64,000 nt of DNA from an uncultured Gemmatimonadales bacterium (GTDB lineage Bacteria; Gemmatimonadota; Gemmatimonadetes; Gemmatimonadales; GWC2-71-9). Below are positions 1-8,635 of the stretch, in pieces. The stretch's first letter is position 1. Each line of letters opens with the position of its first letter. The translations under genes were made by a program, and so were the position numbers. The stretch covers positions 324,012 to 388,011 of the forward strand of contig CAWCVB010000005.1 of the NCBI GenBank assembly GCA_963798915.1. The letters run 5' to 3'. A model generated the notes under the pieces. That model worked only from the letters and a program-made list of their open reading frames with translations, had not been told where the DNA came from and ran no database searches.

Positions 1-768
1 GGCACGCCGCTCGTCGTCGCCGAGGGCGACCGCGTGCTCGGGGTGGTCCACCTCAAGGACATCGTGAAGGGCGGCATCAGCGAGCGCTTCGCCGAGCTGC
101 GCGCGATGGGGATCAAGACGGTGATGATCACCGGCGACAACCCGCTCACCGCCGCCGCGATCGCGGCCGAGGCGGGGGTGGATGACTTCCTGGCCGAGGC
201 CACGCCCGAAGCCAAGCTCGAGCTGATCCGGAAGTACCAGGCGGCGGGCCAGCTGGTCGCCATGACCGGGGACGGCACCAACGACGCGCCGGCCCTCGCG
301 CAGGCCGACGTCGCTGTGGCCATGAACTCCGGGACCCAGGCGGCCAAGGAAGCCAGCAACATGGTCGACCTCGACTCGAACCCGACCAAGCTCATCGAGA
401 TCGTCGAGATCGGGAAGCAGCTCCTCATGACGCGCGGGGCGCTGACGACGTTCAGCATCGCGAACGACGTCGCCAAGTACTTCGCGATCATCCCGGCGGC
501 GTTCGTCGGCATCTATCCGGCGCTGGCGTGCTCAACATCATGCGCCTGGCAACACCCGCGAGCGCCATCCTGTCGGCGGTGATCTTCAACGCGCTGATCA
601 TCGTCGTACTGATCCCGCTGGCGCTGCGGGCGTCCGGTACCGGCCCGCAGGCCGCGGCGCGCGCTGCTGCGGCGACAACCTGCTCATCTACGGCGTGGGC
701 GGGCTGGTGGCACGCCGTTCATCGGCATCAAGCTCATCGACCTGATCCTCGTGGCCCTGGGGGTCGAC
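1..768 (+). pseudogene. kdpB: K+-transporting P-type ATPase subunit KdpB, 3' portion (5' end outside the window), with at least two frameshifts
   Basis: Frame 1 reads [105 protein letters not shown]. The conserved tail continues in a second frame near 530 ([32 protein letters not shown]). It continues in a third frame near 700 ([17 protein letters not shown]). Confidence 0.85.
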
Positions 769-1406
769 ATGGAAGGCGCACGGCCAGGGCGGGCCCAGGC
801 TGCGAGCGGCCGTCCCTCGCTGCTGGCTCGTTGTTCACCGTGCTGACCGGAGTGGTGTATCCGCTGGCGATGACCGGTCTCGCGCAGTTGTTCTTCCCGC
901 GACAGGCCAACGGCAGCCTGATCGTCCGGCACGGGGAGGTCGTCGGCTCAGCGCTCATCGGACAGTCTTTCGACGCCCCGGACTACTTCTGGAGCCGGCC
1001 CTCGGCCACGCGCCGGCTATCCGTACAACGCGCGCCGGCTCCCGGGGCTCGAACCTGGGACCGACTGAGCCCGGCTGATCGATGCGGCGCGTGAAGCGAG
1101 CGCCAGGCCTCCGGGCCGCCGATCCGGAGACGCGCCCGGTGCCCGTCGACCTCGTGACCGCTCCGGGCAGCGGGCTCGATCCGCATATCTCGCCGGCTGC
1201 CGCGCGCTACCAGGTGGGCCGGGTGGCCGAAGACCCGCGGTCTCGATCCGGCCGCCGTTGAGGCGCTGGTGACGCGCGCCACTGAAGGACGGGCGTTCGG
1301 CGTGCTCGGCGAGACACGGGTCAATGTTCTGCTGCTCAACCTGGCGCTGGACTCCCCTCGGTCAGTCCGCCGCCCCTCCGGCGCGCGGAAGGCGGTCGCC
1401 GGATGA
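769..1406 (+). pseudogene. kdpC: K+-transporting ATPase subunit KdpC, frameshifted
   Basis: The ATG at 769 is followed by KdpC motifs spread over different frames. These are [49 protein letters not shown], then [30 protein letters not shown], then VNVLLLNLALD. The stop overlaps the kdpD ATG (ATGA at 1403-1406). Confidence 0.75.
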
Positions 1407-4110
1407 CGGGGAGACCGGCCGGACCCAGACGCGCTGCTCGCCCAGGTGCAGCGACGACCGGGGACCGGCGCGTCCGTGGCCGCCTGAAGGTCTTCTTCGG
1501 CGCGACCGCCGGCGTCGGGAAGACATACGCCATGCTGGAGGAGGCGCGGCGCCGCCGGCGTGAGGGCGTGGACGTCGTGGTAGGTGTTGTGGAAACCCAC
1601 GGTCGGCGCGAAACGGAGGCGCTGCTGGATGGGCTCGAAGTCCTGCCACGGCGCATGCTCGAGCACCGGGGTGTCCGCTCTGGCGAGTTCGATCTCGACG
1701 GCGCGCTCGCCCGCGCGGCCGGGGCTCGCTCCTGGTCGACGAGCTCGCGCACACCAACGCGCCCGGGCTCGCGGCACGCAAAGCGGTGGCAGGATGTCGA
1801 GGAGCTGCTCGGGGCCGGGATCGACGTCTACAGCACGGTGAACGTCCAGCACGTTGAGAGCCTCAACGACGTGGTGGCCCGCATCACGATGTCCAGGTAC
1901 GCGAAACGGTGCCCGACGCGGTGCTCGAACAGGCCGACGAAATCGAGCTGATCGACTTGCCACCCGAGGAACTGCTGCAGCGGCTGTCCGAGGGCAAGGT
2001 CTACATCCCGCACCAGGCGCAGCGGGCCACGGAACAACTTCTTCCGCAAGGGCAATCTCATCGCGCTGCGGCAGCTCGCGCTCCGCAAGGCCGCCGAGCG
2101 CGTCGACGACGCAGATGCAGACCTACCGCCGCGCGCTAGGCGTGGCAGAGATCTGGCCGGTGACGGAGCGGATCCTGGTGCGCGGTGGGACCGACGCCGG
2201 TGCGGCCACGGCTGGTGCGCGCCGCCAAGCGAATGGCGAACCGGCTTGGTGCCGAGTGGACGGCGCTGTTCATCGAGACACCCGACGCCACGCCATTGGG
2301 CGGACGCTAGACCGGGCGCGCGTCTGGGAGACGCTGCGCCTCGCGGACTCCCTTGGCGCCAACACCGTGACGATCACGGGTTCGGATGCCGGCCGGGAGG
2401 CTACTCAACTACGCTCGGACCCACAACGTCGGACGCAGTCGTCGTCGGCAAGCCAAGCCGGTCGCGCTGGCGCGAGCTGCTGTTCGGATCAAAGATCGAC
2501 GGCGTCATCCGCCACAGTGGCGACATCGATGTCTACATCATCGCCGGCGCGCCGGAGGCGGTGCCGGCGCGCGGGTTGCGGCCGGTGGTGCCGGTCGAGC
2601 GGGCGCCGTGGACCGTCTACGCCCGTGTGGCCGTCATCGTGGCCGTGCTGACGGTGGTGGCGGTGATGATGCGGGAGTTCTTCTCGCCGGTGAATCTGGT
2701 CATGGTGTACCTCGTGGGCGTGCTCGTCATCGCCATGCGGTTCGGACGCGGGCCCTCGGTGCTCGCCGCGGTGCTGAGCGTTGCCGCGTTCGACTGGTTC
2801 ACGGTTCCGCCCTACTATACGTTCGCCGTCACCGACACCAGTATCTCCTCACGTTCGTGGTCATGCTGGGCGTCGCGCTCGCGATCAGCGGGCTCGCCGT
2901 GCGGTTGCGCGAGCAGGTGCTGCGGTCACGCGCGAGGGAGCATCGCACGGCCGCCCTGTACGAAATGAGCCGGGAGCTGATCGAGACGGCCGACCTCGAC
3001 GAGGTCCTTGTGGCTGGAACGCGGCAGCTCAGGACTGTCTTTGGTCTTCGCCCCGTCATTCTGCTTCCCGGCGAGGAGAAGCGGCTGGTGCCATGGCCGG
3101 GGACGGCGGAGGAGCCCGCGCCCGTAGTGGGTCCACAGGAGCTCGGCGTTGCCCAGTGGGTGTACGACCATGGGGAGCGCGCGGGCGCTGGCACCGACAC
3201 CCTGCCATCGGCGAATGGGCTCTACCTCCCGCTGTCGGCACCCGCCGGCACGGTGGGCGTGTTCGGGGCGCTGGACATTGATGCGGCGCGCTTTCGCGAT
3301 CCGGAGCAGCTGCACCTGCTCGAGACCTTTCTCCATCGTGTGGCCGCGGGCGTCGAGCGGAGCCGACTGGCTGACGAGACTCGGCGCGTTCGCGAACTCC
3401 AGGAGCTGGACCGGCTGAAGAGCGAGTTCGTGGCGACGGCGTCGCATGAGCTCAAGGCACCGCTCGCCAGCCTTGCGCTTACGGTCGGCCGCCTCCGGAG
3501 CGCGTCGCCCGGAGTCGGCAGCGAATGGATGGCGCAGCTTGACGCGGCCGAGGAGCAGGTCGTGCGACTGCGTCGGCTGGCTGACGATCTGCTCGACCTG
3601 GCTCGGCTCGAGGCCGGCCGCGTCGAGCTGCACATCCTGGCGGTCGATGCCGGGGCGCTCGTCCGTGAGCAGGTCGACCTGCTGCAACAAGTGGCGGCGG
3701 AGCGGGGCGTACGGCTCGGGCTCGATGTGCCGGACGGCCTCCCGGCGGTCGCTGCGGACCGTAACCGCCTCGGCCGAGTCATCGACAACCTGGTGCTGAA
3801 CGCGCTTCGGCAGGTCGGGGTCGGAGGGCGCGTACTCGTGTCGGTGGACGCGTTCGGCCGCTTCGTGCAGGTTTCCGTCGCGGATGACGGGCCGGGAATC
3901 TCGATCGAGGATCAGGCGCGCATCTTCGACCGGTTCGTCCGACTCGGGCAGGCGGGGCCCGACGGCAGTGGCCTTGGCCTGCCGATCGCACGCGAGATCG
4001 TCCGGGCACACGGCGGCGCGATCTGGGTGGACTCCGGCCTGGGCCCGGGTAGCGTCTTCAGCTTCACAGTGCCGGTCGCGGCCGGCGACGGAAAGGATGC
4101 GGCGGAATGA
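1403..4110 (+). pseudogene. kdpD: Sensor histidine kinase KdpD. The N-terminal sensor, Usp and TM half is broken by several frameshifts. The C-terminal GAF and kinase core is uninterrupted from about 2830.
   Basis: Consecutive KdpD motifs sit in different frames. These are RPDPDALLAQVQ (from ~1416), RGRLKVFFGATAGVGKTYAMLEEARRRRREGVDVVVGVVETHGRRETEALL and RHAKRWQDVEELLGAGIDVYSTVNVQHVESLNDVV (1403 frame). Next come ELIDLPPEELLQRLSEGKVYIP (1909 frame) and NLVMVYLVGVLVIAMRFGRGPSVLAAVLSVAAFDWF (2246 frame). From ~2830 there is one open frame with QYLLTFVVMLGVALAISGL, YEMSREL, AGAGTDTLP, the H-box FVATASHELKAPL, DDGPGI and GSGLGLPIAREIV, running to the stop at 4110. Confidence 0.8.
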
Positions 4111-4571
4111 GCAGGCCGGGGATACGACTGGCGGATTACTTCGATCTGGAGAACGTGCGACTCGATCTGGCCGCGACCACGAAGCCGGAGGCTATCCGCG
4201 AGCTGCTGGCGAGCTTCGGGCTGCCACCCGAGAGCGAGGCTGCCACGCTCCGAACCATTCTGCGGCGGGAAGAGATGGGAAGCACCGGTATCGGCCGTGG
4301 AATTGCGGTGCCGCATGGGCGCACGCCTCTGGTCTCGACACTGCGGGTGGCGTTCGGGCGCTCGGTGGGCGGCATTCCCTACGAATCTGTCGACGCAGCG
4401 CCGGTGCATTACCTGTTCCTGCTGCTTGCGCCGCCGGTCGAGGTGTCGAATGAGTACCTGCCGGTACTGGGGCGCATCGCCGAACTGGCGAAGGACCCGG
4501 CAACCGGCGGGGAGCTCGCGGCAGTGGAGTCGGTCGAGGATCTGCTGGCGCTCTTCCAGGAGGGAGACTGA
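4107..4571 (+). CDS. ptsN: PTS EIIA-type-2 domain protein (EIIA-Ntr / PtsN-like)
   Basis: 154-aa ORF. REEMGSTGIGRGIAVPHG (active-site His context) and HYLFLLLAP match the PtsN/EIIA-Ntr family. The start overlaps the kdpD stop by 4 nt. Confidence 0.8.
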   Translation: MSRPGIRLADYFDLENVRLDLAATTKPEAIRELLASFGLPPESEAATLRTILRREEMGSTGIGRGIAVPHGRTPLVSTLRVAFGRSVGGIPYESVDAAPVHYLFLLLAPPVEVSNEYLPVLGRIAELAKDPATGGELAAVESVEDLLALFQEGD

Positions 4572-4639
4572 TCGCTCCGGCCGGCACGTAGGCCTTGATC
4601 TCATGCATGATGCTGCGCTCCCAGGCTAGATGTCCACCT

Positions 4640-6126
4640 CTGCCGGCACGGGTTCCGCAAAGTGGCTCGGCCGGAGTTTGGCTCAATCTCTCTGTCCCCG
4701 CCAGGCGCAGCCGCCGCGCAAGCTCCCTCTCCTTCCAGAGCGAATAGATGGCCGGGATCACCACCAGGGTGAGCAGCGTTGCGCTCACCATGCCTCCCAC
4801 CATCGGGTCTGCGATGCGTTTCATGACATCCGCCCCGGTCCCTTCGCTCCAGAGAATCGGCGGGAGGCCGCCGATCACCGCCGTGACGGTCATGATCAAG
4901 GGACGTACCCGGAGCATCGCACCCTCGGTGACTGCCTGGGCCAGGTCCCCGCGCTCCGGCACCCGGCCGCTGGCCCAGCGCGACCGCCACGGCTGATCCA
5001 GTTGGACCAGCATGATGACGCCGGTTTCGGCCGCCACTCCCGCCAGCGCGATGAACCCGATCGCGACTGCCACGCTCAGGTTGTAATGCGGCGGCCACAT
5101 GAGCCACATCCCGCCCACCAGCGCAAAGGGAAGCGAGAGCATCACGATCGCACTTTCGGCCACGCTGCCGAAATTGAGATAGAGCAGCAGCAAGATGATG
5201 CCGATGGTGACGGGAACCACGACCCTGAGCGTGCGGTTGGCGCGCTGCATCGCCTCGTATTGGCCCGACCATTCCAGCCGGTATCCGGGAGGGAGCGCCA
5301 GTCTGGCCCCGAGCAGCTCCTTGGCCTCCGCGACGTAGCTGCCCACGTCGCGGCCTGCACATCGACGTATACCACATTGTTGAGGTAGCCATTCTCCGAC
5401 TTGATCAGCGTCGGCCCGCGCACGACCGCAAGGTGCGCCAGCGTGCCGAGCGCCACCTGGGCTCCTGACGGCGTTGCGACGAGGGTGTTCGCGATGACGT
5501 CGGGACTGTCACGGAGGTCACGAGGATAGCGGACCAGTACCGAGTAACCTTCCCGCCCACCGCTGTGCTGGCGGCCATCAGCAGGTCGCCGACCGGCATT
5601 CCATTACGCGCGGCAGCGGTCCGGTCCACCTTCACATCCGCGAAGCGACCGCTCATAGTCCGGCGAATTCCGACTTGGTTCCCGGGACGCCGGGCAGCAA
5701 CGCCTCGATGTGCTTTCCGATCTGCTCCAGGGTGCCGAGATCCGGGCCGAAAACCTTGATGCCGATCGGCGTCTTGATTCCGGTGGTCAGCATGTCGAGC
5801 CGGTTCTTGATCGGCATCGACCACATGTTGGCGACTCCCGGCGTCTTCACCGTTGCAGTGGCGTCGCTCACGATCGAGTCGTAGGCTACTCCGGGGCGCC
5901 ATTCGCGCTTGTCCTTCAGGATGGCAATGGTCTCAAGCACGGACATCGGTGCCATGTCGGTCGTCGTCTCGGCGCGCCCGATCTTGCCCAGCTCCATCTT
6001 GACTTCCAGGATTCGGGCCAGGGCCGCGTCCCGCTGCTGCAGCACCGCCCGCTGGCCGGTTTCATCAACGTGGAGTCGCTCGACATAGCCGCTGAAGCGC
6101 GGGGTTGACCTGTACGCCGGCCACAT
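4640..6126 (-). pseudogene. Heavy-metal efflux RND pump (CusA/CzcA family) remnant: C-terminal half only, frameshifted
   Basis: Three minus-strand pieces in different frames carry consecutive CusA/CzcA motifs. Piece 6126-5653 has ELGKIGRAETTTDMAPMSVLETIAILKDKREWRPG..ANMWSMPIKNRLDMLTTGIKTPIGIKVFGPDL. Piece 5456-~5350 has VRGPTLIKSENGYLNNVVYVDV. Piece 5346-~4700 has GSYVAEAKELL..LEWSGQYEAMQRA..LYLNFGSVAESAIVMLSLPFALVGG..GFIALAGVAAETGVIML..RVRPLIMTVTAVIGGLPPILW..VVIPAIYSLW. Only about half of a ~1000-aa pump is present, and there is no stop at the expected end. Confidence 0.8.
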
Positions 6127-6304
6127 CGCTGGAAGCCGACTCGACCTACGCCCTGCACATGGGAACTGGACTGATGACTGCCGCCGGTGATACTGTGAGC
6201 ATACGTGCCGGTCTCGGGATAGGCGGGCAGTGGCTCATGGGGGGCATGATGTTCACGTGCATGACGAGTTTGGTCGCGGTTCGCGCGGCGGCGCTGGCGC
6301 CCTG

Positions 6305-6842
6305 ATGGGCGCTCGTCCGGGAGTCGCGGCGCTGGTTGTCAGCTTGGTGTTTCTCGCGGGTGGGTGCTCAGACCCGCGGCAAGGCGGGCCGAGGAATGCA
6401 GCTGGCGACGGCGCGCCCGATACCCCGCCACCCCGGGGTATGCGGGGTATGATGTCCGGCCGGATGCCGATGATGGGGGGTGCACCTGCCGATACCGCCG
6501 CCGCCCCACAGGCGAGCGTTGCTCCCGCGCCCGCGGCGGCGGGCTGTCCAGCGACAGCGCAGCCGCTCGTGGAGCAGGGTCGGCGGATCTTCAGCGGCAC
6601 GGGCAACTGCTTCGCCTGCCACGGACCGAGTGCCGCCGGTACGGTGGCGGCCCCCGACCTGACTGATACGCAATGGCTCGACATTGATGGAACCTACGCC
6701 TTGATTGTCGGGCTGGTCCGCGCCGGTGCCCCGGCACCCGCAACAATATCCGGGTCTCATGCCGCCGACGGGTGGAGCGCCGTTGAGCAATGAGCAGGTC
6801 TGCGCCGTTGCGGCGTACGTGTATTCGCTTCATTCCAGGTGA
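6305..6842 (+). pseudogene. Class I cytochrome c lipoprotein with one frameshift near 6735-6745
   Basis: Lipoprotein signal MGARPGVAALVVSLVFLAGGC and the heme motif CFACH at 6608-6622. The conserved tail QQYPGLMPPTGGAPLSNEQVCAVAAYVYSLHSR continues in another frame to the TGA at 6840-6842. The original frame stops at 6793. Confidence 0.65.
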
Positions 6843-7012
6843 CGCCGGCCCGGCCCGCTCGGGGCCGCGGCGTCTCATGCAGGCAGCCACGCTGCCCGGC
6901 GTGTCTCTCCGGCCCAGACACTGTTGGTTGGATTCCTCAGCATCGTGTGTCTTTTGGCAAGCATTGTAGCGCCTTGACGACCGCCGCCCTCGCGTGACCA
7001 CACTGAAGCCGC

Positions 7013-7555
7013 ATGGATACTGCATGTATTTACCATGCCGTGGCGCTGTCCAGCCGGGGCCTTCGCTTGAGCCATCTTACGCTCGCCTACAACACCCTCG
7101 AAGGAACGCTTGCTCTCGGCGCGGGCGTTCTTGCCGGCAGTGTCGCGCTCGTCGGTTTCGGGGCCGACAGTCTTATCGAGGTGACGGCGAGCGGAGCGGC
7201 TGACGCTCCGCATCGTCGGTGGCTGCTTCCTGGCGCTCGCCTTCTGCGTGGCCTGGGATGCGGTGGGCGCGCGGCTCAGGCGGGAGGCGCCGAGTGAATC
7301 CATTCTGGGCATTGTGATAGCCGCCCTCTTCGATCATCGTCGCCGTACACAGCAGCGCACTCGAGGCCGAAGTCGAATCAGACATCGCTCTGTGCCTTCC
7401 TGTCGGTGATCCTCCTCGGCGGCTTGATTCTGAATGCAGTGCTCGGGTGGTGGTGGGCGGACCCCGTCGCTGCGCTGGTCATGACGCCGATCATCGCCGG
7501 CGAGGGGGCTGAGGGACTGCGCGGTGAGTCGTCGTGCGGAGATCAGTGTCACTGA
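7013..7555 (+). pseudogene. Small cation-transporter family protein (CDF-related), frameshifted with internal deletions
   Basis: Motifs lie in three frames. These are RGLRLSHLTLAYNTLEGTLALGAGVLAGSVALVGFGADSLIEV, then ERLTLRIVGGCFLALAFCVAWDAVGARLRREAPSESILGIVIAAL. They end with SSALEAEVESDIALC and FLSVILLGGLILNAVLGWWWADPVAALVMTPIIAGEGAEGLRGESSCGDQCH, up to the TGA at 7553-7555. Confidence 0.55.
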
Positions 7556-7608
7556 GGAGATGACCCTCGAAGGGCAGGGCTTGTCGTGACGACGCAGGTA
7601 CCGGGACG

Positions 7609-7642
7609 AAAAAACGGCCAGCTTCGCATTCAAGCTGGCCGT
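7609..7642 (-). terminator. Intrinsic terminator closing the minus-strand tRNA operon
   Basis: An 11-bp stem (ACGGCCAGCTT 7614-7624 with AAGCTGGCCGT 7632-7642) and a 7-nt loop. The plus-strand A6 run at 7609-7614 gives U6 after the hairpin on the minus-strand transcript, 10 nt past tRNA-Pro. Confidence 0.8.
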
Positions 7643-7652
7643 TTGATATCCA

Positions 7653-7727
7653 TCGGGGCGCCCGGATTTGAACCGGGGACCTCCTGCTCCCGAAGCAGGC
7701 GCGCTAACCGGGCTGCGCTACGCCCCG
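7653..7727 (-). tRNA. tRNA-Pro (anticodon CGG)
   Basis: The reverse complement is CGGGGCGTAGCGCAGCCCGGTTAGCGCGCCTGCTTCGGGAGCAGGAGGTCCCCGGTTCAAATCCGGGCGCCCCGA. It folds as a cloverleaf with a 7-bp acceptor, TTCAAAT T-loop and anticodon loop TTCGGGA. Confidence 0.95.
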
Positions 7728-7767
7728 TGTGGGCTGAAAGCTCCAGTCGAAAAGCACTAGTTTCGCT

Positions 7768-7873
7768 CAGCCTTCAGCCTTCAGCCTCAGCCTTCAGCCT
7801 TCAGCCTTCAGCCTTCAGCCTTCAGCCTTCAGCCTTCAGCCTTCAGCCTTCAGCCTTCAGCCTTCAGCCTTCA
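7768..7873. repeat. (CAGCCTT)x15 heptamer tandem array (one 6-nt unit at 7782-7787) filling the tRNA-Arg to tRNA-Pro spacer
   Basis: Units were counted directly. The array abuts the tRNA-Arg 3' end at 7874. Read on the transcribed minus strand the unit is TGAAGGC / AAGGCTG. Confidence 0.95.
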
Positions 7874-7947
<74 letters not shown>

Positions 7948-7972
7948 TCGGCGGCGCAGAACACGCCAGCCA

Positions 7973-8046
7973 TGGGCGGTACAAGGCTCGAACTTGTGAC
8001 CTCCACGATGTCAACGTGGCGCTCTAACCAACTGAGCTAACCGCCC
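7973..8046 (-). tRNA. tRNA-Val (anticodon GAC)
   Basis: The reverse complement is GGGCGGTTAGCTCAGTTGGTTAGAGCGCCACGTTGACATCGTGGAGGTCACAAGTTCGAGCCTTGTACCGCCCA. The anticodon loop is TTGACAT. Confidence 0.95.
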
Positions 8047-8051
8047 GAGGA

Positions 8052-8171
8052 GACGGACAGACGGCTAGACGGACGGACGGCTAGATGGAGAGTGGTCTGG
8101 TGACGGATGCCATTCCCTCACCGGAGGCCACCAACCGTCTAGCCGTCCAGCCGCCTAACCGTCTTCCTGCC
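8052..8171. repeat. Two inverted arrays of five octamer units around an imperfect central stem; this is the whole tRNA-Val to tRNA-fMet spacer
   Basis: Left arm 8052-8091: GACGGACA GACGGCTA GACGGACG GACGGCTA GATGGAGA. Right arm 8132-8171: CAACCGTC TAGCCGTC CAGCCGCC TAACCGTC TTCCTGCC. The arms pair in one continuous register (p+q=16223). By hand count that is 28 of 40 Watson-Crick pairs. Confidence 0.85.
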
Positions 8172-8172
8172 A

Positions 8173-8246
8173 TAGCGGGGGTGGGATTTGAACCCACGAC
8201 CTCCGGGTTATGAGCCCGGCGAGCTACCAGACTGCTCCACCCCGCG
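8173..8246 (-). tRNA. Initiator tRNA-fMet (anticodon CAT)
   Basis: The reverse complement is CGCGGGGTGGAGCAGTCTGGTAGCTCGCCGGGCTCATAACCCGGAGGTCGTGGGTTCAAATCCCACCCCCGCTA. It has a 1:72 mismatch (C:U) and three G:C pairs closing the anticodon stem. It closely resembles E. coli tRNA-fMet. Confidence 0.9.
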
Positions 8247-8334
8247 ACGCGACCCGTAACTTCAGGTCCATTCCCCGTGGCGGCCTTGGCCGCCACTAAT
8301 CATTGGGTCAGGGCTTAAGCCCTGCCGCCGAGAC

Positions 8335-8352
8335 CTGCTCCACCCCGCGACG
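8335..8352 (-). repeat. 18-nt direct copy of the tRNA-fMet 5' end plus 3 nt of its leader (a tRNA gene fragment)
   Basis: CTGCTCCACCCCGCGACG at 8335-8352 is identical to 8232-8249. That stretch covers the first 15 nt of tRNA-fMet plus 3 nt of leader on the minus strand. Confidence 0.8.
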
Positions 8353-8385
8353 TTGTGACGCTTAGCGCTCAGCGCTGAGCGCTAG

Positions 8386-8458
8386 AGCGGGAAACGGGAC
8401 TCGAACCCGCGACCCCAACCTTGGCAAGGTTGTGCTCTACCAACTGAGCTATTCCCGC
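8386..8458 (-). tRNA. tRNA-Gly (anticodon GCC)
   Basis: The reverse complement is GCGGGAATAGCTCAGTTGGTAGAGCACAACCTTGCCAAGGTTGGGGTCGCGGGTTCGAGTCCCGTTTCCCGCT. The anticodon loop is TTGCCAA. Confidence 0.95.
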
Positions 8459-8562
8459 GAGCGGACGACAATGCTAGCCAGCCGGTTCACGCAACGCAAC
8501 GCCAGCCCCGCACCCGTCCTGTCCCACGCTGCCGCTCCCACGCTGCCGCGCGTCCCACCAAA

Positions 8563-8635
8563 TGGAGGCGAGGGGGATCGAACCCCTGACCTCGTGAATG
8601 CCATTCACGCGCTCTCCCAACTGAGCTACGCCCCC
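8563..8635 (-). tRNA. tRNA-Ala (anticodon GGC)
   Basis: The reverse complement is GGGGGCGTAGCTCAGTTGGGAGAGCGCGTGAATGGCATTCACGAGGTCAGGGGTTCGATCCCCCTCGCCTCCA. The G3:U70 identity pair is present. Confidence 0.95.

Noticed and set aside
983-1963. 326-aa minus-strand ORF and other long frames antisense to kdpC and kdpD
   Set aside because: It is Arg/Pro/Ala-rich shadow translation opposite recognisable Kdp motifs. It matches no family and this is typical GC-rich antisense openness.
4192-4640. Continuation of the cusA-like ORF for ~150 codons past the family's normal C-terminus, overlapping the EIIA gene
   Set aside because: There is no homology after ..IPAIYSLWKERELARR. The stretch is antisense to a well-supported EIIA-Ntr gene. 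I interpret it as loss of the original stop in a pseudogene.
8173-8246. Alternative reading of the CAT-anticodon tRNA as elongator Met or tRNA-Ile2
   Set aside because: The 1:72 mismatch, the three consecutive G:C pairs in the anticodon stem and the near-identity to E. coli tRNA-fMet all favour the initiator.
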